From Lama glama (taxonomy: Eukaryota): 64,000 nucleotides of DNA. A model generated the notes under the pieces. That model was not told the DNA's origin. It made no database searches and saw nothing but the letters and a program-made list of their open reading frames with translations. Location of the stretch: contig CM052816.1 of NCBI GenBank assembly GCA_028534125.1, forward strand, positions 58,034,001 to 58,098,000, read 5' to 3'. Position 1 is the first letter of the stretch; each line of letters opens with the position of its first letter. Below are positions 49,285-62,312 of the stretch, in pieces. A program made the translations under genes and the position numbers.

Positions 49285-51599
49285 CAGGCAGGCAGTTCTA
49301 GGCAGCTCCCACTGCACAAGCTCAGAGTCTCCAGCCTCCTCCTCCTCCAGCCTGCCTAGAGCTGCCTAGGGCACAGGGAATGGAAGGCTCTGTTACCACT
49401 CCCTAGGTGTCTATTAAAGCTCTTGTCTCCTTCTCTGTTCCTACTCTCTCCCAAATCCTGCCAATTTCTTTCCAATTCTTTGTCTCTGTAGTCCAAAACA
49501 TCACTGGGGGATAGCAAACTGTTCCCTCTCTGAGTGTGGGCACAGGAAATTTAACCCCAAACTCACTGTCCTCCTACTTGGCAGCTAGGGCCGGGGACCA
49601 CAGACTATATCATCCACAAAATGTCAACAGTGTCCCCTTGGCCACACCCAAACATTCCCTGTTGCTCCACCATCTCTCTGTTTCCTTCAGATTGTAGCCT
49701 TTGAGGGAGACATGACTTGACTTTAGGGGTGAAACTGACTCATGGAGCCATGTTTCCCAAATTGGTTTTTTCACCTGGATTGCATTTTTTAAGAAATCAT
49801 GTGATACACAGGCAGCCATGAACATCTTTTTAACTCACAGTGGCCTGAATTGGATTACTGTTCTAACTGCACTGTCTCAGTTCTGTCTCCTGAAAATAGT
49901 GGTGTTCCTCTGTGGTCTGGGTGTGACATGAGAGCAGGAACACATCTCCCTGGATCCTAGGAGAGGGAAGGATGCTTCCACTAGTGGTGGGTTGTCGGGG
50001 CAACGGTCAGGAATAGGTGGGAAGAGGGTGTGGGAAGAGCCAAGAAAATTCTCCTGAGTTCTACTGACAATTATTCTCTGTACTACGGAAGAAGGGCTCA
50101 CAGCCTGGAGGGCTCTCAGTGGGGAACAAAGGTTCCTCCTATTCTCAGTGGGGAACCCTTATTCACAAGATGAGGGTTTGTACGTGGGACATGGCTCACA
50201 CTTTATTTACTTCAATTGTAGCCTTTCCACCAAGCATCTCAAGACCAGTCCATGAAATATCGCACATTTTGTGAGATCATCCTGCTTTTTAATATTTCTG
50301 ACAGGTGTCCTGCAGGTCCTTCTGGAGTGGCAATCTGTCCCTTTCTTCTGTTATGCAAATGTGCTTATCCTATTTTCGCTGTCTGGGAGAGGATCAGAGA
50401 TGAAAGATATCCCTCCTCACCAAGCTCTTCTCTCACTGGTGTATTAAAAATACTGGAAGCATCTAAACGCCGCAGACAGACTTCAGAGCCTGCTCTTGAT
50501 TACAAACCATGCCGTTTCTTTCTTGCTTTTACTTGTACTGTTCAGTGTTTGCATTGCTTTTCCTACAGAGTTCACCTCCTGCCTCTGCTGCTGTGGCGTA
50601 GATAGGGTTCATTTATATTTCTGAGCTCTCTGACTTTTATTATTTGACCTTTGCTGAGACAGAAAGCATTTGAGAAAGTTGGACTGTCAGGAGAGGATGG
50701 ATGACATGGGGGCTGGCGTCAGTACAGAGTGGTTTCTTACCCACAGCATCTGTACTGGGTTATCTTTTAAAGACGATACCAAATTTAAATTGTATAAGAT
50801 TAGAATATTTCTCAGAGCCAAGCCATAATTTTTTTGCCTTTAAAGGCTAAAATAGGATTTTTAAGACTTGTGGAAGAGCTAGAGGGTTGGAAGGAGAGAA
50901 AGATGGTTGGCAGATCACCAGAGCATGGAGTTAATTATGTCTCCTGTACAAACCTGTCAATATTTTTCTTCTCACTTTAAAATCACACTCTCCTGCCACT
51001 GTATCGATGATATTAACCCATTGTGACCCTTGACAGAAAGAAGGAGGGCTTTCTTCGGAGAGAGTAATACAAATGCATAACAACAGAGCTAGAATGACAA
51101 GCTGGGTTTCACAAATCACTTTGAATAATCTGGCAGAATAGGAGGCTAGTGAGAAGGCAGGAAACTTCTGACTCATTGCTGTTTTCTGTCCTTGAATTGT
51201 GGTTTATAGAATCTCAGGGTTGAAGGGGAGCCTTAAGAACTCCCAGTGTAATTCCCTCCACTCCAGTCTTTGCCCTCCCTACACTCTCAGCAAGCATTTT
51301 CTCGGCCCTTCTTGGCCACATCCAGGCCTAGGAAGCTCTGTGCTATTAGAGCTAGCCTTCATATCAAGAGGAAATTTGCCTTCCTGTAGCTTCCACTCTT
51401 TGGCACTGGTATCTTTGGGCTTTGAGGAGATCAGGGATTACTCATCTCTGGCAGCCTGTGATGACCAGACATCACATCAGGCCAGAATGGATAGCTCCCA
51501 GGACATGCTGATTCCTTGGCCCTAGCCCCAAACACACTGCTGTTCACAATGAGGTGGCTGATCTAAAGCCAATGTTAGCATCATTCACACCCCCATCCT

Positions 51600-51725
51600 T
51601 TCCAGTGTGTGCCATGCACCAGCAACATCAGCCTCCCCTGGAGCTTATTAGAAATGATGAGACCAAGCTCCAGACCTACTGAATCAGAATCTGGGTTTTA
51701 ACGAGATCCATCTGCACATTCATAT
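51600..51725. mobile_element. MER5A-like hAT MITE
   Basis: 'accagcaacatcagcctcccctggagcttattagaaatg...ccagacctactgaatcagaatctg...ttttaacgagatcc'. Confidence 0.8.
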
Positions 51726-52464
51726 GCTCATCCTCTCTTGCCCACGTGGTGTATGAAGAACACTGGCTGACTCTGATCCGCGTGTCTGACTTGGGGCCCC
51801 AGAATGTTGGTGCACAGCATTGCTGGGAACCAGTGACCCCGGCCAGGAAAACTGGACTTCCACAGAGGAGGTGGTGCTTCCAAGGAGGAAGATGACAAAG
51901 ACATCAGGTGAGTGCCTTGGGGAGGTCCTCCTGGGGAGGTGACCTTGGGGAGGAGACCTGAGATGTTCCCCCAGTGCTGGGAGATCTGAGCTTCAGGAAG
52001 CCTTCCTCCCATCCTCTGGGACAGGCCCTCAGGCCTACTTACTGGGAAGAGATCCAGCTCAATGACTCAGAGAACTGTTAGATTCTGGAGCCTTTGTACA
52101 CTTCCCAAGTTTGTTGTTATTGTTCTAGTCACTAATAATTTTTTTCCAAAAAGATTAATAGTTTAAAACCACTTTAGAGGCCAACTTCCCAGAGACAGCA
52201 GGGGGTTAGGAAGTGGCGAGTCCATCTATCACTCACAGCGAAGCTTGCTGAGACAGGATCTTCCAGAGCAGAAAAAAAAAGCAGCATCAGTGTGTTAGAA
52301 AGGAAAAGGGGAGTCAGGAGCTGAAGGAAGGGAACCATGGAGGCCTAGAGGTGGCCACTGTCAACCATCACCTCAGGGTTTAAGGGGCAGGAGGACCATG
52401 TGGCTGACTAGTGAGTTAGGGTTAAACCTGCACCATAAGTTATCAGAAGGCTGTGCAATACAGT

Positions 52465-53005
52465 TGTGGAGATCTTGGTGCTTACTAGCCAGGGAACCCT
52501 AGTAGACCACTTAACCTCTCATTGATCATTTTCCCATCTATGAAATGTAGATTGTAATAGCATTTACTTCACAGGATTAATGAAAACATACTTGTGGTGG
52601 GCAAGGTGCCCTCTTCCACCCCAGCTGTTTATGGCTTTAAAGAGGTTATAGAACCCCAGCTCTTCCACAGTGATTTTTCAGGGATGGGCAGGCCTGAGCC
52701 CTTCTGGGTCTCTCTTAAAGTAAGACAAACTGATCCTCAAGCAGTAGGACAGAAAGACAGAAGGAACCTTAGGTCTCAGCTGATATCATTGAGTCCCTGA
52801 ATAAACCAGTCCTGAAGGCTGTCAATCTCTGGACTCCAAGTTATATGACCTAACACATTTCCTCACTGTTTAACTCTGTTGGAGTAGAGTTTTATGGTCC
52901 TTGCAGCTAGAAGGAACCATATAGATACAAAGGTGTATGCAAAGGGCATCATGCCTGCACATAGTAAGCCCTTGAAACTTGTTAGCTCTTGTTATTATTA
53001 TTACA
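52465..53005 (+). mobile_element. MIR interrupted by an MLT1K-like LTR fragment (about 52600-52918)
   Basis: MIR core 'cacttaacctctc...ttttcccatctatgaaatg' and MIR tail 'catgcctgcacatagtaagcc...gttagctcttgttattattatt' flank MaLR-like 'gatatcattgagtccctgaataaaccagtcctgaag...ctctggactcc...cttgcagctagaag'. Confidence 0.7.
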
Positions 53006-53359
53006 GACAGCATACAAGACACATAGAGACCTTTGCTGGAAACAACATCAACCAAGAAGCAGTGCAAAGAATGAGACATCTCTTTAAGAAGCTGAAAAAC
53101 AGCACAGAGTGATCTACTGTAACCAGGCAACAAGAAAGTTTTTTTTTTCTCTTTTCCTCCTGTCCATCCTCCATTTCAACCTCACTTTTCACTTACAAGA
53201 AAAACACTAAGAAAATTAGCAGATTGAAAGGATTTAGTGAACTTTCATCAGCAGTGATTCTCAAGCCATGCCCTCCCCTCCCCCTTGATCTCTGTCCTCA
53301 CACAACAGCAAGAACAGCATCATGCCAGCCAGAGGACAGGGGCTGGACTGAATGCTACC

Positions 53360-53840
53360 TTTTTGTTTGTTTCTCTTCATTTTGAGAAGCTTTACAAATA
53401 TAGGAAAAGACAAAGAACAATATAACACGCACCGATGTTGTTGTATTTATTTTAATAAAAATCACAGAAAATAGTTTGAAGACTCTTTGACCAACTCCTT
53501 CTTTCAACTGATTAATATGAATATGAATGGATTGGATTTCTATTTTACAGCCTATTTTTATTCATGAATCCATTAATAGAATATATTATTTTAGCTGTGT
53601 TTTAAAATTTACATATGTGGTAGAATATAATACAGTCCTAAAACTTGCTCTTTTCATTGATCATTATGGTTTTAGATTTATCTGTGTTGAAACACATAGA
53701 CTTACTTTATTATTTTTATTCAGAGTAGTGTTTCAACAGATATATAAGAGTTTATATACCCATTACTTTGTTAATGGACACTTCGTGGTTTTTAATTTTT
53801 TGCTGTCAGAAGTATGGTAGCAATGAACATCCTTCAATGT
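53360..53840 (-). mobile_element. Old L1 (L1ME-like) fragment
   Basis: 'ttttcattgatcattatggttttagatttatctgtgttg...ttgttaatggacacttcgtggttttt...gtagcaatgaacatcctt'. Confidence 0.7.
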
Positions 53841-53904
53841 GACCCGTATCTTTAGATCTCTTTCACACTGTAATCTATAGCTCAAAGCCTAATGCATAAA
53901 ACAT

Positions 53905-55255
53905 TTAACTCATCAACATATATTTATTAAGCTTAAGTTGGTATCAGAGTAAAAACCTGGACCAGAGAATCTTAATTAACAGCTCCAGACTTACACAACA
54001 GGGAAATGGTTTATAGCTTAAGGAGATGTCAGTGCAGTTAGGAGTAAATACATATACCCAAGAAAATATAGCTAATAATGCAAAGCAGGAGATGCTAAGT
54101 ATCAAATGAGAAGTACAGCCAGTGCTGATAGAACTTAGAAGATGTGAGTTTGAAGGTGATCAAGAAGCAGAATATTATTCTATGTCTTGAAGGATTTCAA
54201 GTAGAATTTCAACAGGCAAATATATTCAAGTCAAAGTCAATGATATGAGCAAAGGTAAAGAGGTGGGAAGCACTATAAAATCAAGGATCTGGGTAAAGGA
54301 AGACATTGGAACTCTAGTTCACTCTCTACACCCCAGGAGGAGTTCCAAATCTGACTGGCCAGATTCAGAACAATGATAGGACCATGCTCTGCTGGTGGGC
54401 AAGAACATTGGAATTGTTAAAAATTGATGCAAAAAAGTTGTGTGTGGCACTCTTTTCTCCTTTTTCTTCCATGTGACTGGATGGGAAGGCCAGGGATCAC
54501 TTTGGCCTCAGAGAAGCCATCCTGGCTGCTTTCATTTCTCTTTGGCCGTGAGTATTTGGGTTGTCTTCCTCATTCACATTAGGTAGGGGTTGGTGCTAAG
54601 CTCTAAATATGAGCCTGGAAGAGGAAGAGTCCAGTCCCCTTATAGCCCCTGGGCCTTAGTCCATTTCCAGCCCAGTTTGCCAGTTAGTGCTATAGATTAG
54701 GTAGACAAGTTGACAGAGAAATTTTGTGTAGAAGATAAATGGATTTGAAAGGGTATGTTTTGAGCCAGATGGTGAAGGACATTGAATGTCAAACTGTGTG
54801 GTTTTGACTGATTCCCAAGGACAATTGTGTATCAGTAAAGATTTTTGTACAATAGAGTATGGGATCAAGGGATGACCTGGGACACCAGTCTTAATTAGAG
54901 GGAAGTGAGTTAAGAGGCTATGAAACAAATCCAAATGTGTGATAATCTGAAATTCTGTTTCTGAAAGTGACGATGAACTAGAAAAAAGAAGGTATGCCTG
55001 TGAGAATTTTTAAGACTTGTTGAATAATTGGAGATGGAAGAAGATGTAAAGAAGTATTAGAAGTAATGTCTTTAGTCTAGGTAACAGATAATTAGCCCCC
55101 CAAAAATCAATAAGGGGATCTGGGATTGATTAATGTTGAATTTGAATTACATTTCAATCAGGTGATAACATCCTTTAGGCTATAAGAACTGTGAGCCTGA
55201 ATCTCAGAAGAGAGGTGGAGATGTGGGGTAATAATGAATGAAGAAATGTTTGCAG
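53905..55255 (-). mobile_element. Fragmented L2
   Basis: 'actcatcaacatatttattaagc', 'taagaggctatgaaacaaatccaaatgtgtgata', 'gagcctgaatctcagaagagagg'; boundaries approximate. Confidence 0.6.
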
Positions 55256-55264
55256 GGTCACCTA

Positions 55265-55505
55265 AGAATGGCTATACTCATTGAGTGCTGACAGTATGTC
55301 TGTCAGCCACCTTTTCAAGTCCTTTCATCTAATCCTTATAGTAACCCTAGAGATAGGTACAATTGTTATTCCAGTTTTGCAGATGAAGAAACTGGAGCCC
55401 AGAGAGTTTTTATTACATGGGCAAGGTCCCAAAGCTCTAGGAAAGTGATTGATCTGGTATACAAACCCAGGTAGTCTAATCTGAGAATCTGCTCCTAACC
55501 ATGCT
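55265..55505 (-). mobile_element. MIR
   Basis: 'ttcatctaatccttatagtaaccctagagataggtacaattgttattccagttttgcagatgaagaaactggagcccagagag'. Confidence 0.85.
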
Positions 55506-55629
55506 TCACTTTCTCAATACTCAAACAACCTTGCAAATTGCGCACAACAGTGTTATAACCATTGGGCAATTTCTCTGTTACTGAATATCACTGTTTTTTT
55601 CTGGATGATATTTAAAAGTAGGAAAGCAA

Positions 55630-55755
55630 TGATGATAGATGTTTACTAAACCTATCGTGGTAATCATTTCATGATGTACATAAGTCAGGTCATTATGTGG
55701 TACACCTTAAACTTACACAGAGCTATATGTCAATTATATCACAATAAAATTGGGG
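55630..55755 (+). mobile_element. Short L1 3' terminal fragment
   Basis: 'tcgtggtaatcatttcatgatgtacataagtc...tacaccttaaacttacacagagctatatgtcaattatatcacaataaa'. Confidence 0.75.
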
Positions 55756-56129
55756 CAGGAGAGTAAGACAGGAAGAAAACTCAGTTATTTTAAGGATTAC
55801 TCAAAGAAAATGATATCTTTCGATCCGTGCAAGTGATAACTGTTTGAAAGAGTTTAAAGAAGTTATTTTGTAGGTATCATAATTCTTCTTGAAATGGGTA
55901 TTAAAAGCTCTCTTTCTCCCTTCAAGCTTGGGGTGGGGGAGATGGTACTTTAGTATGTACCCCATATACCTGCATTTTCTGCCAAGATCTGTTTACATGC
56001 TCATTAGACTGTGAGGGTTTTTAGGGCTAGGTACTTCCTGGCACCTTTTTAGTAGTTTAATACAATGTTTTATTGAATAAAGGAAAAAATAAATAACTGA
56101 CCAGTTATTCATGTGCTGTGACATATACC

Positions 56130-56427
56130 AAACCATGGATATATGCCAGGGAAAGCTTCCTATAGTTGATGGTATCCAAGCTGAGTTTTGTAGGATGAAA
56201 TGGAGCTAGCTGGGAAGAGCTAGGGGAAAGGGTTTCTGGGTTTAGGCACAAGTGAGCGCAGCATATTGAGAGAGCAGCAGTCAGTGTGGCTGATGGAGAG
56301 ACAGCAAGGAGTGAGGAAGGACAGGAAAACAAAGAGATAACACAGGGGCCACGCTGCAAAAGCTATCTGTACCATCAGAAAGGAGTTTGGACTTCACCCT
56401 GAGGGCAATGGAGAACCACTGAAAACA
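56130..56427 (-). mobile_element. L2 fragment, left part of an L2 split by the L1 complex (continues about 62046-62260)
   Basis: 'ggagtttggacttcaccctgagggcaatggagaaccactgaa' resumes as 'ttttaaatatggagtaatgtggtcagactttcattccagaaagattactctg'. Confidence 0.75.
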
Positions 56428-56512
56428 TTTTTTTCTTACTGACTTTTTTCTTTCCAAGATTTATAAAAATTGAGAAATAGCATACTTATGGTAAAGTGTA
56501 CAAATCTAATGT

Positions 56513-56604
56513 TAGGGACCAACCATTCTGGTTTCCCCAGGACAGGATTTTTAGTTTTAAAACCAGATCACTTTCAGGTAATTGGGGGCAAGTTGGTCAT
56601 CATA
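56513..56604. mobile_element. hAT-Blackjack MITE, MER81-like
   Basis: 'tagggaccaaccattctggttt...agttggtcatcata'; 8-bp TSD-like tctaatgt / tctatagt. Confidence 0.7.
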
Positions 56605-57302
56605 TCTATAGTGTCTACACCATGGATCCTCCCAGATCAAGTCCCAGAAGGCTTCCTCATGCCTCTCAATCAGTCCATTCTCCTCTCCTAAAGTAATCAC
56701 TATTCCAAAATCTCTCATCATAGATTAGTTTTGCCTTATTCTGAACTTCATATAAATGGAATTACACAGTATGTTCCTTTCTGAGCCTAGCTTTTTCATT
56801 CAACTTTGGGAGATTCATCCTTGTTACTGCTATAGGTTGTCCCTTTTCATTGCTGCGCTAATTCTATTATAAGAATATATCTCAATTTGTGTATCCATTC
56901 ACCTGTTAATAGGTATTTACTTTGAGTCCAGATTTTGGTGATTATGAATCAAGCTGTTGCGAATATTCCTGTTCACATCTTTGGTGGACATATGCACTCA
57001 TTTCTGTTGGGTAAATACCCAGAAGTGGAGTTGTATGCATAAGTTTGGCTTCAGTAGCAACTGCCAACCTATCTCCCTAAGTAACTGTGTCATTTTACAC
57101 TCCCAACAACAACTGAAAATTCTTGTTTATCCACATTCTTATCAACACCTGGTACTATTTGTCCAGTGGATGTGAAGTCACACCTCATGGTTTTAATTTG
57201 CATTTCCCTAATGACTAATGATGTTGAGAATATTTTTATTGGCCATTCATATATCTTTTGCTAAGTGTCTGATCAAACCTGATCTTTAAAAAACTGGACT
57301 GT

Positions 57303-57604
57303 CCTTAAAAAACTAAAACTAGAATTACTGTATGATCCAGCAATCCCATTCCTGGGCATATATCAGAAGGAAACTCTTAATTCAAAAAGATACACATACC
57401 TCAATGTTCATAGCAGTACTATTTACAATAGGCAAGATATGGAAGTAACCTTAGCACAGAGAACTAAATTCAATAGTTTGTAATAACCTATAATGAAAAC
57501 AATATGAAAAGAACACATACACATATATATATAACTGAATCACCATGCTGTACCAGAGACTAGCACATTGTAAAACAACTATACTCCAATTAAAAAACAC
57601 AAAC
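57303..57604 (+). mobile_element. Young L1 3' fragment with internal deletion, nested in the old L1
   Basis: 'tatgatccagcaatcccattcctgggcata...caagatatggaagtaacct|tagcacagagaact...actatactccaattaaaaaa'; TSD-like aaaaactggactgt / aaaaagtgaattgt. Confidence 0.85.
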
Positions 57605-57840
57605 AAAAAGTGAATTGTTTGATTTTTATTGTTATTAAGGAGTTATTTATGTATTTTCGACATAAGTCTTTGGTGAGATATATGTATTGCAGATATTTTC
57701 TCCTAATTTCTGACTAGCTTTTTCATTTTCTTAACAGAGTCTTTTGAAGAGTAAAAGTCAGAGTTTTAATTTTGAGATACAGCTTATAATTTTTTTCCTG
57801 TGGTGAGTGTTTCTTGCGCCTTATTTAAGAAATTATTGCT

Positions 57841-58452
57841 TGCATTATTTACAATAGCCAAGATATGGAAATAACCCAAGTATTCATTGACAGATAAATG
57901 GATAAAGAAAATGTGAGATATATATACATGAATATCATTTAGCCGTTAAAAAAAAGAATGAAATCTTGCCATTTGCAACAACATGGGTGGACCCTCAGGG
58001 CATTATGCTAAGTGAAGTAAGTCAGACAGAGAAAGATAAATACCATATGACTTTACTTTTATGTGGAATCAAAACCAAACCAAACAAAAACAGAAAATCA
58101 AGCTCATAGATACAGAGAACAGACTGGTAGTTGTCAGAGGCAGGGGATGGAGGGTGGGCAAAGTCAGTGAAGAAGTTAAAAGGGACAAACTTTTAGTTAT
58201 AAAATAAACAAGTCATAGGGATATAATATATAGCATGGCAACTATAATTAGTAAATACTATATTGCATATTTAAAAGTTGCTAAGAGAGTAAATCTTAAA
58301 AGTTCTGATCATAAGAAAAAATTCTGTAAGTCTGTATGGTGACAGATTTGATTAGACTTACTGTGGTGATCATTTTGCAATATATCAAATATCAAATTAC
58401 TATGCTGTACATCTGAAACTAATATAATGTTTTGTGAATTATACATCAATTA
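57841..58452 (+). mobile_element. L1MA-like 3' end nested in the old L1
   Basis: 'gcattatttacaatagccaagatatggaaataacccaag...aaagttgctaagagagtaaatcttaaaagttc'; TSD core aaattattgc on both sides. Confidence 0.9.
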
Positions 58453-60110
58453 AAAAATTATTGCATAACCCATGGAGGGAAAGATACATATTTTCTTCTA
58501 GAAGTTTTGTATTTTCTATTTCTCATGTAGATCTATGATCTAGCTGAAACAAATTTTTGTTATGGTATCAATAGGGATGAGAATCATTTTCCTCCATATA
58601 AATATCATTTTGCTTCCACACAATTTGTTGAAATTCCCCAATGAATTATCTTGGTGCTTTTGTTAAAAATCAATTGACCATATATGTGTGGATCTATTTA
58701 TGGACTCTAATATGTTCCATTGATCTATTTGTCTACCCTTATGCCAATACCACACTGAATTGCTGTAATTTTATAGTGAGTCTTAAAATCAAGTAATGTA
58801 AGTCTTTCAGGTTTGTTCCTTTTGTTTTCAAAATTGTTAACTATTCTATATTCTGTGCACATCTATGTAAATTTTTAAATTTTGACCATTTCTATTTTTT
58901 TTAAAGCCTACTGGGGGTTTGATTGGGATTGCATCTCATCTGTGGATCAATTTGGGGAAAACTGACATCCTAACAATACTGACTTCCAACCCATAAACCT
59001 GGTATAGTCATCCACCCATTTATTGAGGACTTTAAAATTTCTCTCAATAATGTTTTGTAGATTTTGGCATAAAGGTCTTGAATAAATCTCAGATTTATTC
59101 CTAGACATTTTATTTTTTATGTTACTGTAAAAAGACATTTAAATTTTTAAAAAATTTCTAATTGCTTTTTGCTAGTATATACAAGTGATTGCTCTATAGT
59201 GACCTTGCATAGAGTGATACTGTTAAATTATTTATTAATTTTAATAGTTTTTTATTGATTCTTTTGAATTATTTATTTATACAATTATGTAGTCTGTAAA
59301 TAATGCTAGGTTTATTTCTTCCTTTTCAATCTTTATACCTCCTTTATGCTAAGTTTACTGTACTGGCTTGGACCTCTAGTATAACATTGAATAGTAATGT
59401 TGAAAGTGGACATCTTTGTCTTGTTGCTGAACTCAGTGGGGAGCATATAACATTTTCCTATCAAGTATAATGTATGCTGTAGAACATTTCCTTTTAATCC
59501 AAGTTGGCTTAGATTTGTTTTTTGAAATCAAGAGTGGGTTCTTTTTAGTTTTGTCAAACTTTTTCCTACATCTATTGAGAGGATTATATGATTTTTCTCC
59601 CCTATTCTATTCACATCCTATTCTCCTCTATCCTATTACACTGATCTATCTTTGAATGTTAAATTGAACTTATGTTCCTGGAATATAGCCATTCTGTATT
59701 AATGGATTTAATTTTCTAAATTTTGTTTAGATTTTTTGCATCTATGCTCATAAGTGAGATTTGTCTGTGGTTTTTCTTTCTTGAAATGTCATTCTTAGAT
59801 ATTGGTATCACCTCATGAAAGTAATGCTGATTTATAAAGTGAGTTGGGAATTATTCATTATTTTTCTTCTTTTTCCTGGAAGAGTTTATGTAAGATTAGT
59901 ATTATTTCTTCCATAAATATTTGGAAGAATTCACTAGTGAAGGCATTAGAGCCTGGTGTTTTCCATGTAGGAATATTTTAAATTAGAAATCCAAATTATT
60001 TCATAAATATGGGAAGATTCTACTTATCTTTGTGTTAATTTTAGGAAATTGATCTTTTCAACAATTTGTTCATTTCATCCAAATTGTTAAATTTATTGGC
60101 ATAAAGATGT

Positions 60111-61688
60111 ACACTTAAAACCAAATATATCAGTACTTAACAGTAATTATAAATAGCATAAACACTGAATTAAAGACAAAGATTTTCAACATTTATGAAA
60201 AAGTAAAAACAAACGCTATTTCTAAAAGGCAAACTTTACATCTAAGGACTGAAAAAGAAGAAACTCACTATTTCCTCTACAAACTGAACACTTCTGGCCA
60301 CACAATGCAATGTATGATTTTTTCCCCACACCAATCAGTTCCCCAATAGCAGCTGGATGTCCTATAATCCAATTCAATTCTGACTCTATGTACCTGGAGT
60401 TAGCATCAGATGCCACAAATTAAGGGCTCAGTTCCACAAGATTGACCCCACTTCAGATGCCAATCACAATTAGTGGGTCTCCAGGTTACTTTTTTTGTAC
60501 CTAAATTGGCTACAAATTGGGGGTTCCTACAACCCTCTTCTCAGCTTCAGTAATTTGCTGTAATGGCTCACAGAACTCAGGGAAACACTTACTTACATCT
60601 ACCAGTTTATTGTATAGTATAAAGGATACAGACAAACACTCACATGAAGACAGATGAAGAGGTACATAGGGTGAGTGCAGGAGTTTCTGTTCCCATGAAG
60701 TTGGGGTATGCCACCCTCCCAGCACATGGATATATTCATCAACTCCAGAAATTCTCCAAACCCCATACTTTAGGGATTTTTATTGAGGCTTCATCACATA
60801 GGCATGATCAATTATTAACTCAATCACCAATCCCTCTCCCCTCTCATGAGGATGGGGAATGGGGCTGAAAGTTCCAAGGCTTGATTTTTCTGGTGACCAC
60901 TCCCCATCTAGAAGTCCACCAAGAGTCATCTTATTAAAACAAAACTCTCCTCTCACCCAGGAAATTCCAACGGATTTAGGTTTGTGTCATGGTCTGGAAT
61001 TAAAGACCAAATATTAGAATAAAAGATGCTCCTAGCACCCCTATTACTCAGAAGATTACAAGGGAGCAATGTGTCAGGAACTAGGGGCAGATTTCTCTAT
61101 TTCACAAGGACATAGAAAGATTGAAAGTAAAAAGATGGAAAAAGATACACTATGTAACCAAAGATTGATATGGGTATATTAATTTCAGATAAAAAAGACT
61201 TCAGTCAAGAAGTATTACCAGATATAGATTGCTGAAAAGATTAATTAAATTAATCTCTCTCGTTAGATTAATGCAGCAAAAAAGGAGAGAAAACATAAAT
61301 TTTCATTATGACAAAAGAATCAATTCAACAGAAAGATTCAAAATTACATAATCTTAATTACAGCTTCAAGATACATAAAAGGAGAAATAAACAAATATAT
61401 AGTCATAACCAAAAAATTTAATGTAACTCAGTAGCTGATAGAGCAAGTAGACAAAAAAATCATTTAGTAAATAGAAGCTTGAAATATGATTAGATAACTT
61501 TACCGAACTGAACATTGCAACAAACAACTTCAGAACATATTCTTTTCAATGACATATGAAACATTTACTAAATACTACCATGTATTGGACAATAAGGTAA
61601 AGAGATAATACAGCTCTAACAGACATTAAAAGAAAATGAGGGTGTGTTATGAACAATTTTATGCCAGACTATATGACAATTTAGAGGA
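60111..61688 (+). mobile_element. Old L1 ORF2 5' (endonuclease) segment, opposite in orientation to the adjacent L1
   Basis: 'aaggac[LTR]atagaaagattgaaagtaaaaagatggaaaaagatacactatg' corresponds to the KD..RLKVK.WKKI endonuclease motif; ends in the IKR...YEQ.YA...DNL region. Confidence 0.8.
60250..61106 (-). mobile_element. ERVL solo LTR, MER21(C)-like, with perfect 5-bp TSD
   Basis: TG...CA ends; AGGAC at 60245-60249 and 61107-61111; 'caattcaattctgactctatgtacctggagttagcatcagat...gctcacagaactcagggaaacacttacttac'. Confidence 0.9.
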
Positions 61689-61698
61689 CTGTTTTTTT

Positions 61699-62029
61699 AG
61701 ATGATTGATTATTTATTTATTTATTTATTTAAGCACTGTCAGTTACTATGTGTCAACTTCTGGTGTACAGCACAATGTCCCAGTCATGCATATACATACA
61801 TATGTTCATTTTCATATTTTTTTCATTAAATGTTATTAAAGATATTGAACATAGTTCCCTGTGCTATACAGCAGAAACCTTTTTTTAAAATCTATTTTTA
61901 TATATAAGGGCTAACACTTGCAAATCTCAAACTCCCAAATTTATCCCTTCCCACCTCCTTTCCCTGGTAACCGTAGATTGTTTACTATGTCTGCAAGTCT
62001 GTCTCTGTTCTGTAGATGAGTTCATTGTG
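61699..62029 (-). mobile_element. Young L1 3' end with TSD
   Basis: (ATTT)n tail at left; reverse complement of the 36553-36808 type; TSD tagaggactgtttttt / tagaagactgattttt. Confidence 0.9.
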
Positions 62030-62312
62030 TAGAAGACTGATTTTTAAATATGGAGTAATGTGGTCAGACTTTCATTCCAGAAAGATTACTCTGCTTGCAG
62101 TGTGGAAAATGGATTTGATTGGGGGCAAGACCAGAGGCAGTGAGGACGTTAGAAGACTACTGCAACAAGCTAGGCAAAGATAATGATGGCCTAGAAAAGG
62201 AAGTGGTGGTAGGGAGACTGAGAAGGGATCAAATGAAAGGGCAAGTAGGAAGGAAAGCTGAGGGTCAGTGATCATATGACACTGCAAAACACTGATTCAG
62301 AAATATTTACTG

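Larger units (their letters stand above)
56428..60110 (-). mobile_element. Old L1 (L1MB/MC-like), 3' UTR through much of ORF2, hosting nested insertions
   Basis: Poly(T) at the left end; ORF2 antisense signatures 'tttaatttgcatttccctaatgactaatgatgttgag', 'ttgattgggattgcat', 'gaagaattcactagtgaaggcatt'. Confidence 0.9.

Noticed and set aside
51843..53112. Apparent two-exon ORF (…KEEDDKDIR|QHTRHIETF…STE*)
   Set aside because: The upstream frame closes with TGA and has no ATG, and the acceptor is a MIR tail lacking a pyrimidine tract.
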